DNA from: Parvicellaceae bacterium
Lineage (GTDB): Bacteria > Bacteroidota > Bacteroidia > Flavobacteriales_D > Parvicellaceae
NCBI GenBank assembly: GCA_045561415.1
Contig: JBJKXU010000038.1
Coordinates: 3,003-67,002 of the forward strand
Direction: 5' to 3'
Length of the DNA stretch: 64,000 nucleotides
A model generated the notes under the pieces. That model had not been told where the DNA came from and made no database searches. It worked only from the letters and a program-made list of their open reading frames with translations. Position numbers and translations under genes: made by a program. Below are positions 49,125-59,016 of this stretch, piece after piece. Numbering within the stretch: the stretch's first letter is position 1; every line of letters starts with the position of its first letter.

Positions 49125-50255
49125 TTATAGACGAGTAGTTACCTTGCGAATCATTTCTGTTTTCCAAGATGAAAACTCACCTTCAATAATTTTCTCTCTA
49201 GCCTGTTTTACTAACCATAAATAAAAGGCTAAATTATGTGTTGAGGCTATGTGTGCCCCTAAAATCTCTTTAGAAATCATCAAGTGCCTAAGGTAAGCTT
49301 TTGAATATAAGTGATCTACATCAGCTGTTCCATTGGCATCAATTGGAGAATAATCAGTCTGCCATTTCTTATTTTTAATATTTATAAACCCTTCAGAAGT
49401 AAAAAGCATTCCATTTCTGGCGTTTCTTGTTGGCATAACACAGTCAAACATATCTATTCCTAAAGAAATGCATTCTAAAATATTTTCTGGTGTACCCACC
49501 CCCATTAAATAGCGAGGCTTATCTTTAGGGAGAATTTGACAAACAAGATCTGTTGCTTTGTACAACTCTTCATGAGGTTCTCCAACCGACAAGCCTCCAA
49601 TAGCATTACCTTCCCTATTAAACCCTGCAATTGCTTCAGCGCTTTGCTTTCTTAAGTCATCATAAGTACTTCCCTGAACAATTGGAAACAAGGTCTGTTT
49701 ATAGGAATATTTATCAGCTGTACTGTCAAAATGATCACAACATCTCTTTAACCATCTATGAGTCATGTGCATTGACTTTTTTGCGTACTTATAATCACAT
49801 GGATATGGAGTACACTCATCAAAAGCCATAATTATATCCGCTCCTATCGTTCGCTGAACATCCATTGCAGATTCCGGAGTAAAAAGATGTGATGAACCGT
49901 CAATATGAGAACGAAAAGTAACCCCTTTTTCATTAATTTTTCTGTTCTCAGACAAACTATAGACTTGATAACCTCCTGAATCCGTCAACATTGGCTTATC
50001 CCAGCCAATAAACTTATGCAGCCCTCCTGCTTTTTCAATTACCTCTAATCCAGGTCTTAAATAAAGATGATAGGTGTTACCAAGAATTATTTGAGCATTT
50101 ACCTGATCTGTTAAATCTTGTTGACTTAATCCTTTAACAGTTCCTGCAGTGCCAACAGGCATAAAAATTGGTGTTTGGACCTTTCCATGATCGGTTTCAA
50201 ATTCACCAGCTCGTGCATTGGAAGAGGGATCGTTATTTAAAAGCTTGAAGTTCAT
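49125..50255 (-). CDS. tgt: tRNA-guanosine(34) transglycosylase
   Basis: The ATG at 50255 gives MNFKLLNNDPSSNARAGEFETDHG. PIFMPVGT, LTDSGGYQV and FDCVMPTR are present. Confidence 0.95.
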   Translation of the reverse strand: MNFKLLNNDPSSNARAGEFETDHGKVQTPIFMPVGTAGTVKGLSQQDLTDQVNAQIILGNTYHLYLRPGLEVIEKAGGLHKFIGWDKPMLTDSGGYQVYSLSENRKINEKGVTFRSHIDGSSHLFTPESAMDVQRTIGADIIMAFDECTPYPCDYKYAKKSMHMTHRWLKRCCDHFDSTADKYSYKQTLFPIVQGSTYDDLRKQSAEAIAGFNREGNAIGGLSVGEPHEELYKATDLVCQILPKDKPRYLMGVGTPENILECISLGIDMFDCVMPTRNARNGMLFTSEGFINIKNKKWQTDYSPIDANGTADVDHLYSKAYLRHLMISKEILGAHIASTHNLAFYLWLVKQAREKIIEGEFSSWKTEMIRKVTTRL

Positions 50256-50336
50256 AAATCTGTGAATAAACATCAAAGAAACAAAGAAAATCTAAGTTAC
50301 ATAGAGATACTTTTACAATGAATAAGAAATAATTAC

Positions 50337-51434
50337 ATGTATATTGATCTTTCAACACTATTAATTTTCTTTTTTAGCTCAGCTTTTGTTGTACAACTAT
50401 TTTATTTTCTATTCTTTTTTTTAAGACTATCATTACATAAAAACAACATTAAAGAGCAAAATACAGCGCCAATTTCGGTTATAATTGCCGCTAGAAATGA
50501 AAGTGAAAATCTTAAAAAATTTCTTCCTTCAGTTCTTGATCAGGAATATTCAAATTTTGAAGTAATTGTTGTTAATGATCGATCTTGGGATAACACAGAG
50601 GAAATTCTCAAATCTTTTCAAGAATCCTATTCTCATCTAAAAATAGTAACACTTGCAGACCTTGGCAAAGACAATTTTTCAAAAAAATTCGCCATTACTC
50701 TAGGTATAAAAGCAGCAGCACATGAGCAATTAGTTTTTACAGATGCGGACTGCTGTGTCCCATCTAAAAAGTGGCTTCAAGCCATTGCTGTAAACGATCT
50801 AGATGGAAAAGAAATATCACTAGGAGCTGGTCCATATCTAAAACAAAAAGGAATATTAAATGCAATTATTCGATTTGACGCAGCAGCAATAGCAATTCAA
50901 TACTTAAGCTTTGCTAAAGCTAAATTCCCATACATGGGTGTTGGAAGAAATCTTTCCTATAAAAAATCCATTTACAATTCCCTACAAGGATTTAAAAGCC
51001 ACTATCACATCCCTTCAGGTGATGACGACCTGTTTATAAATCAAGCAGCTAATTCAAAAAACACAAAAATTATATTGAGTGAAAATTCAATTACATTTTC
51101 AATTGCGGAAAACTCACTTAAAAATTGGATAAAACAAAAAACTAGACACCTTCAGACAAGCACACTATACACATTCAAAACCAAGCTTCTTCTTATTCTT
51201 TACCCATTCACATTATTTGCTTTTTATATTTCAATACCTTTTTTATCGAGTCCTTACACAAATATTATTTTGTTAGGCCTTCTTTTAAGAACATTATTGC
51301 AACTTTTTATTTTTTTTAAGCCCTTAAAAATTATGGGATGTAAAGAACTTATTATTTTTACACCTTTATTAGAGCTAATACTGTTATTTACCTATCCTAT
51401 TTTACACTTAATAAAAAAAACTAATAAATTATAA
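50337..51434 (+). CDS. Membrane-bound family 2 glycosyltransferase
   Basis: ISVIIAARNESENL...FEVIVVNDRSWDNT and TDADC (DxD) are present. TM segments occur at both the N- and C-termini. Confidence 0.8.
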   Translation: MYIDLSTLLIFFFSSAFVVQLFYFLFFFLRLSLHKNNIKEQNTAPISVIIAARNESENLKKFLPSVLDQEYSNFEVIVVNDRSWDNTEEILKSFQESYSHLKIVTLADLGKDNFSKKFAITLGIKAAAHEQLVFTDADCCVPSKKWLQAIAVNDLDGKEISLGAGPYLKQKGILNAIIRFDAAAIAIQYLSFAKAKFPYMGVGRNLSYKKSIYNSLQGFKSHYHIPSGDDDLFINQAANSKNTKIILSENSITFSIAENSLKNWIKQKTRHLQTSTLYTFKTKLLLILYPFTLFAFYISIPFLSSPYTNIILLGLLLRTLLQLFIFFKPLKIMGCKELIIFTPLLELILLFTYPILHLIKKTNKL

Positions 51435-51438
51435 AGTA

Positions 51439-52056
51439 ATGAGCGAGCCTATTTCTATAGATCATTTGTCAGAAAAAGCGAAGTATGATTATAGTTTAGT
51501 CCTAAAGGCTATTCAAAATAAAAATCAACAAGCATATACTGAACTAATGGATAGGTATAAAGACTCCATTTATTTTATGTTGCTAAAAATGGTGAATAAT
51601 AAGGATGATGCAGAAGATTTAACAATAGAAGCATTTGGCAAAGCATTTAACAGACTTACACAATACACCCCGAATTATGCTTTTAGTACTTGGCTTTTTA
51701 AAATAGCAACCAACAATTGCATTGATTTCATTAGAAAGAAAAAGAAAAATGTGTTGTCAATTGACAACAGATTTGAAAACGAAGAAGGTGATTCTTTAAT
51801 GATAGAGCTAAAATCAACTGGAAGAAACCCTGAGCAAGAAGCAATGAGAGATCAGAAGATAAAACTCATGCGAGAGGTGGTCACCAAGCTAAAGCCAAGG
51901 TATCAAAAGCTTGTAGAGTTAAGGTACTTCAAAGAACTTTCCTATGATGAAATATCTACGGAACTTGATTTACCTTTAGGTACTGTTAAAGCTCAATTAT
52001 TTAGAGCAAGAGAGTTCTTATACAACATCATGAAAAACACTAGAGAGTCTATTTAG
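51439..52056 (+). CDS. Sigma-70 family (ECF-type) RNA polymerase sigma factor
   Basis: Region 2 (DAEDLTIEAFGKAF...FSTWLFKIATNNCIDFIRKK) and region 4 HTH (ELSYDEISTELDLPLGTVKAQLFRARE) are present. No adjacent anti-sigma gene. Confidence 0.85.
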   Translation: MSEPISIDHLSEKAKYDYSLVLKAIQNKNQQAYTELMDRYKDSIYFMLLKMVNNKDDAEDLTIEAFGKAFNRLTQYTPNYAFSTWLFKIATNNCIDFIRKKKKNVLSIDNRFENEEGDSLMIELKSTGRNPEQEAMRDQKIKLMREVVTKLKPRYQKLVELRYFKELSYDEISTELDLPLGTVKAQLFRAREFLYNIMKNTRESI

Positions 52057-52058
52057 TT

Positions 52059-52688
52059 TTGGAACTTATAGAAAAATATTTCCCTAGTCTTTCAGAAAAT
52101 CAAAAAAAACAACTTTCTGAACTTAAAAGTATTTATTCCTTTTGGAACAGTCAAATTAATGTGATAAGCAGAAAAGATATGGACTCTTTTTATGAGAGAC
52201 ATGTATTACATTCTATGTCGATTGCTAAAATAATTTCTTTTAAGGATAATGCTGAAATATTAGATATTGGCACTGGCGGTGGTTTTCCTGGAATTCCTCT
52301 GGCCATACTTTATCCTGATGTTAATTTTGTCCTTGTAGACTCCATAGGTAAAAAAATAAAAGTAGTAAAGGAGGTAAGTTCTCAGCTTAAGCTAAAAAAT
52401 GTTCAGGCATTAAAATTAAGAGGAGAAGAAGTAGATGGTCAATTTGATTTTATTGTAAGTAGAGCTGTAACAAGACTAAATAAGTTCATGCCATGGACAA
52501 CTAACAAAATAAAATCAACAAATAATCACTCAATAAAAAATGGAGTTCTTTATTTGAAGGGGGGGGATCTTAAACAAGAACTTGATGAAGCGAAATTAAA
52601 GTTCTCCTACAACTCTTACAGCTTACATAAAATCATAAACGAACCATTTTTTGAAAGCAAGGTTATCGTACACATTCCATTTTCATGA
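52059..52688 (+). CDS. rsmG: 16S rRNA (guanine527-N7)-methyltransferase
   Basis: SAM-binding DIGTGGGFPGIPLAI. About 209 aa. TTG start 2 nt after the sigma gene stop. Confidence 0.9.
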   Translation: MELIEKYFPSLSENQKKQLSELKSIYSFWNSQINVISRKDMDSFYERHVLHSMSIAKIISFKDNAEILDIGTGGGFPGIPLAILYPDVNFVLVDSIGKKIKVVKEVSSQLKLKNVQALKLRGEEVDGQFDFIVSRAVTRLNKFMPWTTNKIKSTNNHSIKNGVLYLKGGDLKQELDEAKLKFSYNSYSLHKIINEPFFESKVIVHIPFS

Positions 52689-52814
52689 AATTATTGGCAT
52701 ATTTATTGAACGTTGCAATTAAACAAACGCTACTATTTAGAGAATTTTAACACATAAATTGCAACTATTTTTATACTTTCATTGTTATCAATAATAGCTT
52801 TCAAATCATTCTAC

Positions 52815-54893
52815 ATGAACAACCTTAAAACATTTCTATTTTCGATTTTCATTACTTGCTGTATTTCTGGCTTTAGTCAATCAGATTTAGCAATTAAATC
52901 AACACATTATAAGTTAGAGAAGCTTTTTTTTGATATTGACAAAATGTATGTTGAAGAGGTGAACAAAACTGAACTTACCAATAACCTCATTATTGGTATG
53001 TCTAACCAAACCCCCTCCTTTTGTGCTTATCAAAAAGATTCGATTTTAGATCACTTTGGTATTACAAAGCAAAACGAAATAGAATCAATTGGGATTGGCT
53101 TTAAATTTAAAGGGGATTCACTATTAATAACTGAAATCGTTAAGGGAGGAGCAGCCTATAACGAAGGCATCTTAAAAGGAGATAAAATTATTAAAATTGA
53201 CAGCAACAGAATTGACAACATGTACTATTATTCTGATGCGATCAAATACTTAAATGGAAAAAAGAATTCAATGGTTTCTCTTGAACTTATTAGAAACCAA
53301 GACACCATAATTAAAACCCTTACAAGAAGTGCTATACCAGCTTATCACAACGTATTATTTGGTGGTTCTAAACACACTGAACTTGCCTTAACAGACTATA
53401 AAGTCGCAATTAATTTTTTCCAAACTTTATATCCGGATTCAATTGACATACCAACTATTTCTGAGCACGGAATAAGGTATATGCTTGAACAGCTAGACCC
53501 CCATTCAACTTACATCTCACTTGAAGACATCCATGACATGAATGCACCCTTGAAAGGCTCCTTTACTGGTGTTGGTGTTCGATTTCAAATAGTAAAAGAT
53601 ACTATTGTTATTGTTCAAGCAATACCTGGAGGACCGTCTAAAAAAGTTGGCATTCAATCTGGAGACAAGCTCGTGTATGTAGACAATGAAAATGTTGGAG
53701 GTGTAGGAATTAAAAATAGCGGAGTAAGAGAAAGGCTACTTGGAGACAAAGGCACTAAAGTAGATGTGAAAATCAAAAGAGGCAAAGAAAAAGAACTTCT
53801 AGAATTCACCATAGAGCGAGATAAGATTCCTATATATAGTGTTGATGCTTCTTATATGGCAAGTCCTAAAGTTGGATACATTAAATTAAATAACTTCTCA
53901 GCAAGCTCTGTAAGTGAGATTAAAAAAGCGGTATACAATTTGAAAGCTGAAGGGATGAAAGACTTAATATTAGACCTTCAGAATAATGGAGGAGGTTACT
54001 TAATGACTGCTGTAGAATTGGTGGACCAATTTCTTTCAGAACCAAAATTAGTGGTATCCACAAAAGGAAGGTCTTTTCCAGAAAAAAAATTCCAAACTAG
54101 ACAAAATGGATTATTAGAAAATGGAAGATTAGTTGTTCTTGTCAATGAAAGTAGTGCAAGTGCAAGTGAAATTGTTTCTGGGGCAATTCAAGATTGGGAT
54201 AGAGGACTAATTGTTGGCAGGAGAACCTTTGGAAAAGGTCTTGTTCAAAAACCAATTAACCTTCCTGACGGAACACAAGCTAGAATAACAACATCAAAAT
54301 ACTATACTCCTAGTGGAAGATGCATTCAAAAACCATACGAAGGAGGGTCAATAGCATATAGAAGGGAAAAATATGACCGATACATGTCTGGTGAATCTTT
54401 TCATGCTGACAGTATAAAATTTAATGAAGATGAACTTTTCCTTACAAAAGTCAATAAAAGAACCGTTTATGGTGGCGGTGGAATTATGCCCGATGTATTT
54501 GTTCCTCTTGACACAACAGGAACAAGTAAATATTATTCCTCTTTAATTAGAAAAGGAATTATGAATCAGTTTGCATTAACCTGGGTAAATGACAATAGAA
54601 ATAAACTTGAAAATAAATATCCTTCATTTAAAAAATTTAAAACAGATTTTAAAACAGACAAAGTAATTAAAGAGCTAATAACTTATGCAGAAAATGAAGG
54701 TTTAGAGTTTAATGAAGAAAGTTTTAACAAAGCAGAACAAACGATTAACATTCGTCTTAAAGCAAACATTGCACAAGATCTTTTTGATTACAAAAAATTC
54801 TATGAAGTAATTAATGAGCTCAATGAAACGCTTCAAAAGTCAATTGAGCTTTTAGAGGATGGAAAAGCATTTAAAAATTTCACTAAAAGTTAA
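52815..54893 (+). CDS. S41-family C-terminal processing peptidase with PDZ domains
   Basis: The ATG at 52815 gives the signal peptide. Contains LVNESSASASEI and GRRTFGKGLVQ, plus PDZ-like GGAAYNEGILKGDKIIKID and GGPSKKVGIQSGDKLV. Confidence 0.9.
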   Translation: MNNLKTFLFSIFITCCISGFSQSDLAIKSTHYKLEKLFFDIDKMYVEEVNKTELTNNLIIGMSNQTPSFCAYQKDSILDHFGITKQNEIESIGIGFKFKGDSLLITEIVKGGAAYNEGILKGDKIIKIDSNRIDNMYYYSDAIKYLNGKKNSMVSLELIRNQDTIIKTLTRSAIPAYHNVLFGGSKHTELALTDYKVAINFFQTLYPDSIDIPTISEHGIRYMLEQLDPHSTYISLEDIHDMNAPLKGSFTGVGVRFQIVKDTIVIVQAIPGGPSKKVGIQSGDKLVYVDNENVGGVGIKNSGVRERLLGDKGTKVDVKIKRGKEKELLEFTIERDKIPIYSVDASYMASPKVGYIKLNNFSASSVSEIKKAVYNLKAEGMKDLILDLQNNGGGYLMTAVELVDQFLSEPKLVVSTKGRSFPEKKFQTRQNGLLENGRLVVLVNESSASASEIVSGAIQDWDRGLIVGRRTFGKGLVQKPINLPDGTQARITTSKYYTPSGRCIQKPYEGGSIAYRREKYDRYMSGESFHADSIKFNEDELFLTKVNKRTVYGGGGIMPDVFVPLDTTGTSKYYSSLIRKGIMNQFALTWVNDNRNKLENKYPSFKKFKTDFKTDKVIKELITYAENEGLEFNEESFNKAEQTINIRLKANIAQDLFDYKKFYEVINELNETLQKSIELLEDGKAFKNFTKS

Positions 54894-54925
54894 ATCAATT
54901 GTATAATTTTAAAAAAAATTAAAAA

Positions 54926-55465
54926 ATGAATGATAAAATTAAAATTGGATTGCTAGTTATAATTCTGGGAGTTACCTGTCTTAACTCCTATAAAATAAAT
55001 CAAATTGATACTAGCTACAGTTCTAGAAGAGTTGAAACAGCTCCTACTGAAGTTCCCAATAAAAAGATTAATACCAAACAAAATCAACCCAAAGAAATTA
55101 ATGCCAACCCATTAATGAGTGAAATTCCTGACGGACCAACAACATCTATATTTTTCGAAAAAGAAATTAAAGATTTTGGAAATGTGGAAGTTAATTCAAA
55201 AAATAAATACTCTTTTGAATTTGTTAACAACGGAAGCGAACCATTAAAAATTTCTAATGCTAGAGGATCATGTGGATGTACTGTTCCTGAATGGCCAAAA
55301 GAACCAATAATGCCGGGTAAAAAAGGTAAAATTGATGTGGTATTTACTCCTAATAAATCTCAAGCAGGAAAACCTCAACAAAAGACAGTTACCATAACAG
55401 CAAACACCAAGCCTGCTAATACAGTACTTAATATTAAAGCTTTTGTTAATCCAGAAGGCAAGTAA
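54926..55465 (+). CDS. DUF1573 domain protein
   Basis: FEFVNNGSEPLKISNARGSCGCTVPEWPKEPIMPGKKGKIDVVF matches the DUF1573 core. Confidence 0.8.
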   Translation: MNDKIKIGLLVIILGVTCLNSYKINQIDTSYSSRRVETAPTEVPNKKINTKQNQPKEINANPLMSEIPDGPTTSIFFEKEIKDFGNVEVNSKNKYSFEFVNNGSEPLKISNARGSCGCTVPEWPKEPIMPGKKGKIDVVFTPNKSQAGKPQQKTVTITANTKPANTVLNIKAFVNPEGK

Positions 55466-56258
55466 TATTATTTTCCTTATTCTTCTGAGTTGTTTCAATT
55501 TAAACGCTCAGGAATGTCAACCTACCCATTATCCATTCAATAACGGAGAACAGCTTGATTATGATGTGTTTTACAACATGGGAAAGCTATGGGTGCCAGC
55601 TGGAAGAGTCAGGTTCTCGATTAAAGACTCTCTATACGAAAATCAACCTTGTTTTTATTTTGAAGGCAAAGGAAAATCTCTTAAAAGTTATGACTGGTTT
55701 TTCAAAGTCAGAGATAAATATTCATCCTTCGTAAAAAAGGAAGACTTTAAGCCGCTTAGATTCACTAGAATTGTTCACGAGGGAGACTTCCACTTATTTT
55801 ACGATTACAAATTTGATTTAAAGAATCAAAAAGCTACTGTATATGACAACATTAAAGATAAATCATCATTCTCAGAAATAAGCTTTCCTAATTGCACTTA
55901 TGATGTTATGACAGCTGTTTATTACGCACGTGCTCTTGATTTTTCGAATCTTAAAATCAACGATACAATACCCTTAAGCATGATGGTTGATAAAGAAATT
56001 TACAACTCCCTTTTCATAAGGTATCTTGGTAGAGACACCATAAAAGACCAATATGGGAAAAAATACAACTGTTTGATTATAAGCCCACTTCTTATTGAAG
56101 GAACATTATTTAAAGATGGAGAGTTTATGAAAATATACATTACCGATGATCGAAACAGAATACCCATTTACATTGAAGCTGAAATATTAATCGGATCAGT
56201 AAAAGCTTATGTTAAGTCAATCAAAAACATAAAATATCCTTTATCATTTGAGAATTAA
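55443..56258 (+). CDS. DUF3108 domain protein
   Basis: The pattern LDYDVFYNMGKLWVPAGRVRFSI is typical of DUF3108. The TTG start overlaps the upstream gene by 23 nt, and no in-frame ATG is available near the N-terminus. Confidence 0.65.
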   Translation: MLIQKASNIIFLILLSCFNLNAQECQPTHYPFNNGEQLDYDVFYNMGKLWVPAGRVRFSIKDSLYENQPCFYFEGKGKSLKSYDWFFKVRDKYSSFVKKEDFKPLRFTRIVHEGDFHLFYDYKFDLKNQKATVYDNIKDKSSFSEISFPNCTYDVMTAVYYARALDFSNLKINDTIPLSMMVDKEIYNSLFIRYLGRDTIKDQYGKKYNCLIISPLLIEGTLFKDGEFMKIYITDDRNRIPIYIEAEILIGSVKAYVKSIKNIKYPLSFEN

Positions 56259-57416
56259 TTTTCTTCTTTTAATCTCTTTTTTAATCAAATTTAGCTCTCT
56301 TAATGTTTGACCTGCAACAGAGGTGTTTTCTTCTGCTCTTCTAATTAAATAAGGCATCACTTCTTTGATAGGTCCATAAGGGACATATTTAGCCACATTA
56401 TAACCTTCATTAGAAAGATTAAAGCTGATGTGATCACTCATTCCCAAAAGCTGAGCAAAGAAAATTCTATCATCATCTTTATCAATGTTCTTTTCATTCA
56501 TGAGCTTCAACAAATACAAACAGCTAAATTCATTATGTGTACCTAAACAAATGGAAATTCTGTTTAAATGATCAACACAAAAATCAATACCCTTATTAAA
56601 ATCGGCATCTGTACTTTTTTTATTTTTTTGAATAGGATCAGGGTAATTATTTTTAATAGCCTCAGCTCTTTCTTTTTCCATGTAAGCCCCCCTAACAAGT
56701 TTTATTCCTAATTTAAAATCTTGTTTTTCACTTGTCAAATATAAATTTTTAAGGTAGCTAAGCCTATCCCATCTATAGAATTGAATTGTTGTATATACAA
56801 TAACTTCATTTTTATTGTACTTGAGCATCATTAGCTCTGCAATTCTATCAATTGTCCCTTGGTACCAGCTATCCTCAGCATCAATGAAAATTTTAACTTT
56901 TTGTTTTGCAGCATGGGAACATATTCTTGTTACTCGGTCAATTAAAAGTTGATATTCCTCCTTCTCAGAAGTTGAAAGATGATCGATTTTAAGGTTAGCT
57001 GATTTCAAAATAGAATAAGAAGCAAGACCCGTTAACTTAAATACGGAGAAAGGAATATCCTTTGAAACGGATGCAGCGTCAATTGTTTTAATTATTTCTG
57101 AAACTGTCGCATCAAAACTATTATCGGAACCCACTCCTTCAACTGAGTAGTCCAATATAGTTCCAATACTATAATTTGATAATTTATTGATTCTATTTTC
57201 ACAATCAACAACAGTTTCTCCACCACAAAACTGATCAAATATTGTGTGTCTAATAATTGGTTGGATGGGTAGATTTATTTTTAATGCAAGATTTGCAAAA
57301 GCTCCTCCAATATTTACTAAAAAGTTATTACTCATTAACTTAAATAATTGATAAGCCTTTTTTAATTGGTAATTATTTTTGTATTGAAAAGCTATTTTAG
57401 TATTACTGAAGTCCAA
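56244..57416 (-). CDS. Proline dehydrogenase family protein (monofunctional)
   Basis: The N-terminal DFSNTKIAF...FDQFCGGET and the C-terminal AQLLGMSD...YVPYGP...YLIRRAEENTS are typical of PutA-type proline dehydrogenase domains. TTG start. Confidence 0.8.
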   Translation of the reverse strand: MDFSNTKIAFQYKNNYQLKKAYQLFKLMSNNFLVNIGGAFANLALKINLPIQPIIRHTIFDQFCGGETVVDCENRINKLSNYSIGTILDYSVEGVGSDNSFDATVSEIIKTIDAASVSKDIPFSVFKLTGLASYSILKSANLKIDHLSTSEKEEYQLLIDRVTRICSHAAKQKVKIFIDAEDSWYQGTIDRIAELMMLKYNKNEVIVYTTIQFYRWDRLSYLKNLYLTSEKQDFKLGIKLVRGAYMEKERAEAIKNNYPDPIQKNKKSTDADFNKGIDFCVDHLNRISICLGTHNEFSCLYLLKLMNEKNIDKDDDRIFFAQLLGMSDHISFNLSNEGYNVAKYVPYGPIKEVMPYLIRRAEENTSVAGQTLRELNLIKKEIKRRKLILK

Positions 57417-57462
57417 GAATATAAATTTTAAAAATCAAAAATATTAATAATAAGACGAAAAC

Positions 57463-59016
57463 CTATTTTCGAATTATAAAAGCAAAAATATGATGAAAAG
57501 ATTTATCAACTATTCTATTGAAATCATCGGATAATTTCAAGAAATAAGTTAGCGCAACATAAAGAATAAAAACAAATGTAGATTTTAGCGCAATTTCTAA
57601 ATAAAACCCAAAATTAAGATCCAATAGATTATCAAGGAAAAGACACATTAAAGTCACTAATAAAACAAGAAGAGTTTTGATTGAAAATGGTTGTAATTTG
57701 TATTTAAATGCAAGGAATAGAAAAGATAAAAAATTAAATAAAAATACAGAAATAGCTGTAGCAATAGCAGCACCTTCAATTCCTAAAAAAGAAGGAAGAC
57801 CTTCAAAGTAAGGTATGAAAAATGAATTTGAAACAAAGGTAATACAGGCTAAAAAGAATGTCAACACTGTTCCAACAAAGTAATATTTTGAAAGGATAAT
57901 AATTTTGCCATTTACTCCAGAAATAACATTAATTAATTTACCTATAGCCAAGAAAAGAAATACATACTTCCCGCTAGAATAATCTTTACCTGTTATTATT
58001 AATAAAGAATCTATATTAATCCAGATTCCTACAAAAATAAGTGCACCAATTATTATCTGATTGATAGAAGACTTTCTGTAGAGGGAGCCGATTAAGTCAA
58101 TATCATTATCATTCCAGGCTTTTGATATTACTGCACTAGCAATATTAGATAATGCCCTTGCTGGCATTTCAATTAATGTAGCCATGTATGAAGCAATAGT
58201 ATAAATGGTAACATAATACAATCCCATATTAAAATCTTTAGCATCACCATAAACTGCAATGCCCCCTAACAAAGATCCAATCATAATTAGATCAATCCTA
58301 TTTGAAATATTACTGGCTAAACTTGTTAGGGTATTAGCAAAGCCATACTTCAAAACTTGGATTTTATCCTGAAAACAAAATTTATCAGAGAGATTAAGTG
58401 TCACTTTCTTATGTTTTAATAAGTATCCAAAACTTATTAAGGCTACTAAAGCATAGCAACTCACAAAAAGAATCATAAAATGATAAAAAGACAAGAGCTC
58501 TAAAGAATATAAAACAAGAATAACAGTATTCAACAATCTAATTAATATTTCATTAAGAAAATTGGGAAACACAGTGATGAAATTAGCTTGAAGAAGGCCA
58601 TTAAAATAATTTAATAAAATATAAAAGAAAACTAGAGGAAGTAAAAAAAAGAAATACTCAATAAATAATTGGGCGTTTTCTAAATAGAAATATTCAAATA
58701 AAGGTTTACTAAAGTAAAGAGCTCCACTTAAAGTAAAAAAACCAAAAACACCAATTAAGAAAATAAAATTTGCGGCACCTTTATAGGCACCTCTTCCATT
58801 ATTATAGACAGGAATAAACTTCATCAACATAGCACCACCACCTAGTGAGGCCAATTGAGAAAAAAGAACAGTAAAAGATATTAAGATTCTAGTTAAACCA
58901 ATTTCTTGATCAGGTAAGACCATTGGATATAGAAGCATTACATTAATTGCGCCTAATAAAGCTCCAAAAAACAGAATGGCAGAATTGGATAATGTTTGCT
59001 TAGCTACTATTCCCAC
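57463..59016 (-). CDS. MOP/Wzx-like polysaccharide (oligosaccharide) flippase
   Basis: About 14 predicted TM helices over 517 aa, with a general Wzx-like pattern. The GTG start overlaps the upstream stop by 1 nt. Confidence 0.65.
   Translation of the reverse strand: MGIVAKQTLSNSAILFFGALLGAINVMLLYPMVLPDQEIGLTRILISFTVLFSQLASLGGGAMLMKFIPVYNNGRGAYKGAANFIFLIGVFGFFTLSGALYFSKPLFEYFYLENAQLFIEYFFFLLPLVFFYILLNYFNGLLQANFITVFPNFLNEILIRLLNTVILVLYSLELLSFYHFMILFVSCYALVALISFGYLLKHKKVTLNLSDKFCFQDKIQVLKYGFANTLTSLASNISNRIDLIMIGSLLGGIAVYGDAKDFNMGLYYVTIYTIASYMATLIEMPARALSNIASAVISKAWNDNDIDLIGSLYRKSSINQIIIGALIFVGIWINIDSLLIITGKDYSSGKYVFLFLAIGKLINVISGVNGKIIILSKYYFVGTVLTFFLACITFVSNSFFIPYFEGLPSFLGIEGAAIATAISVFLFNFLSFLFLAFKYKLQPFSIKTLLVLLVTLMCLFLDNLLDLNFGFYLEIALKSTFVFILYVALTYFLKLSDDFNRIVDKSFHHIFAFIIRK

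Noticed and set aside
51439-52056. An ECF-type sigma factor lacking an adjacent anti-sigma gene, as a novel regulatory unit.
   Set aside because: Its placement 4 nt after a GT2 gene and 2 nt before rsmG looks like a conserved housekeeping arrangement. Without comparative data there is nothing sequence-specific to flag.
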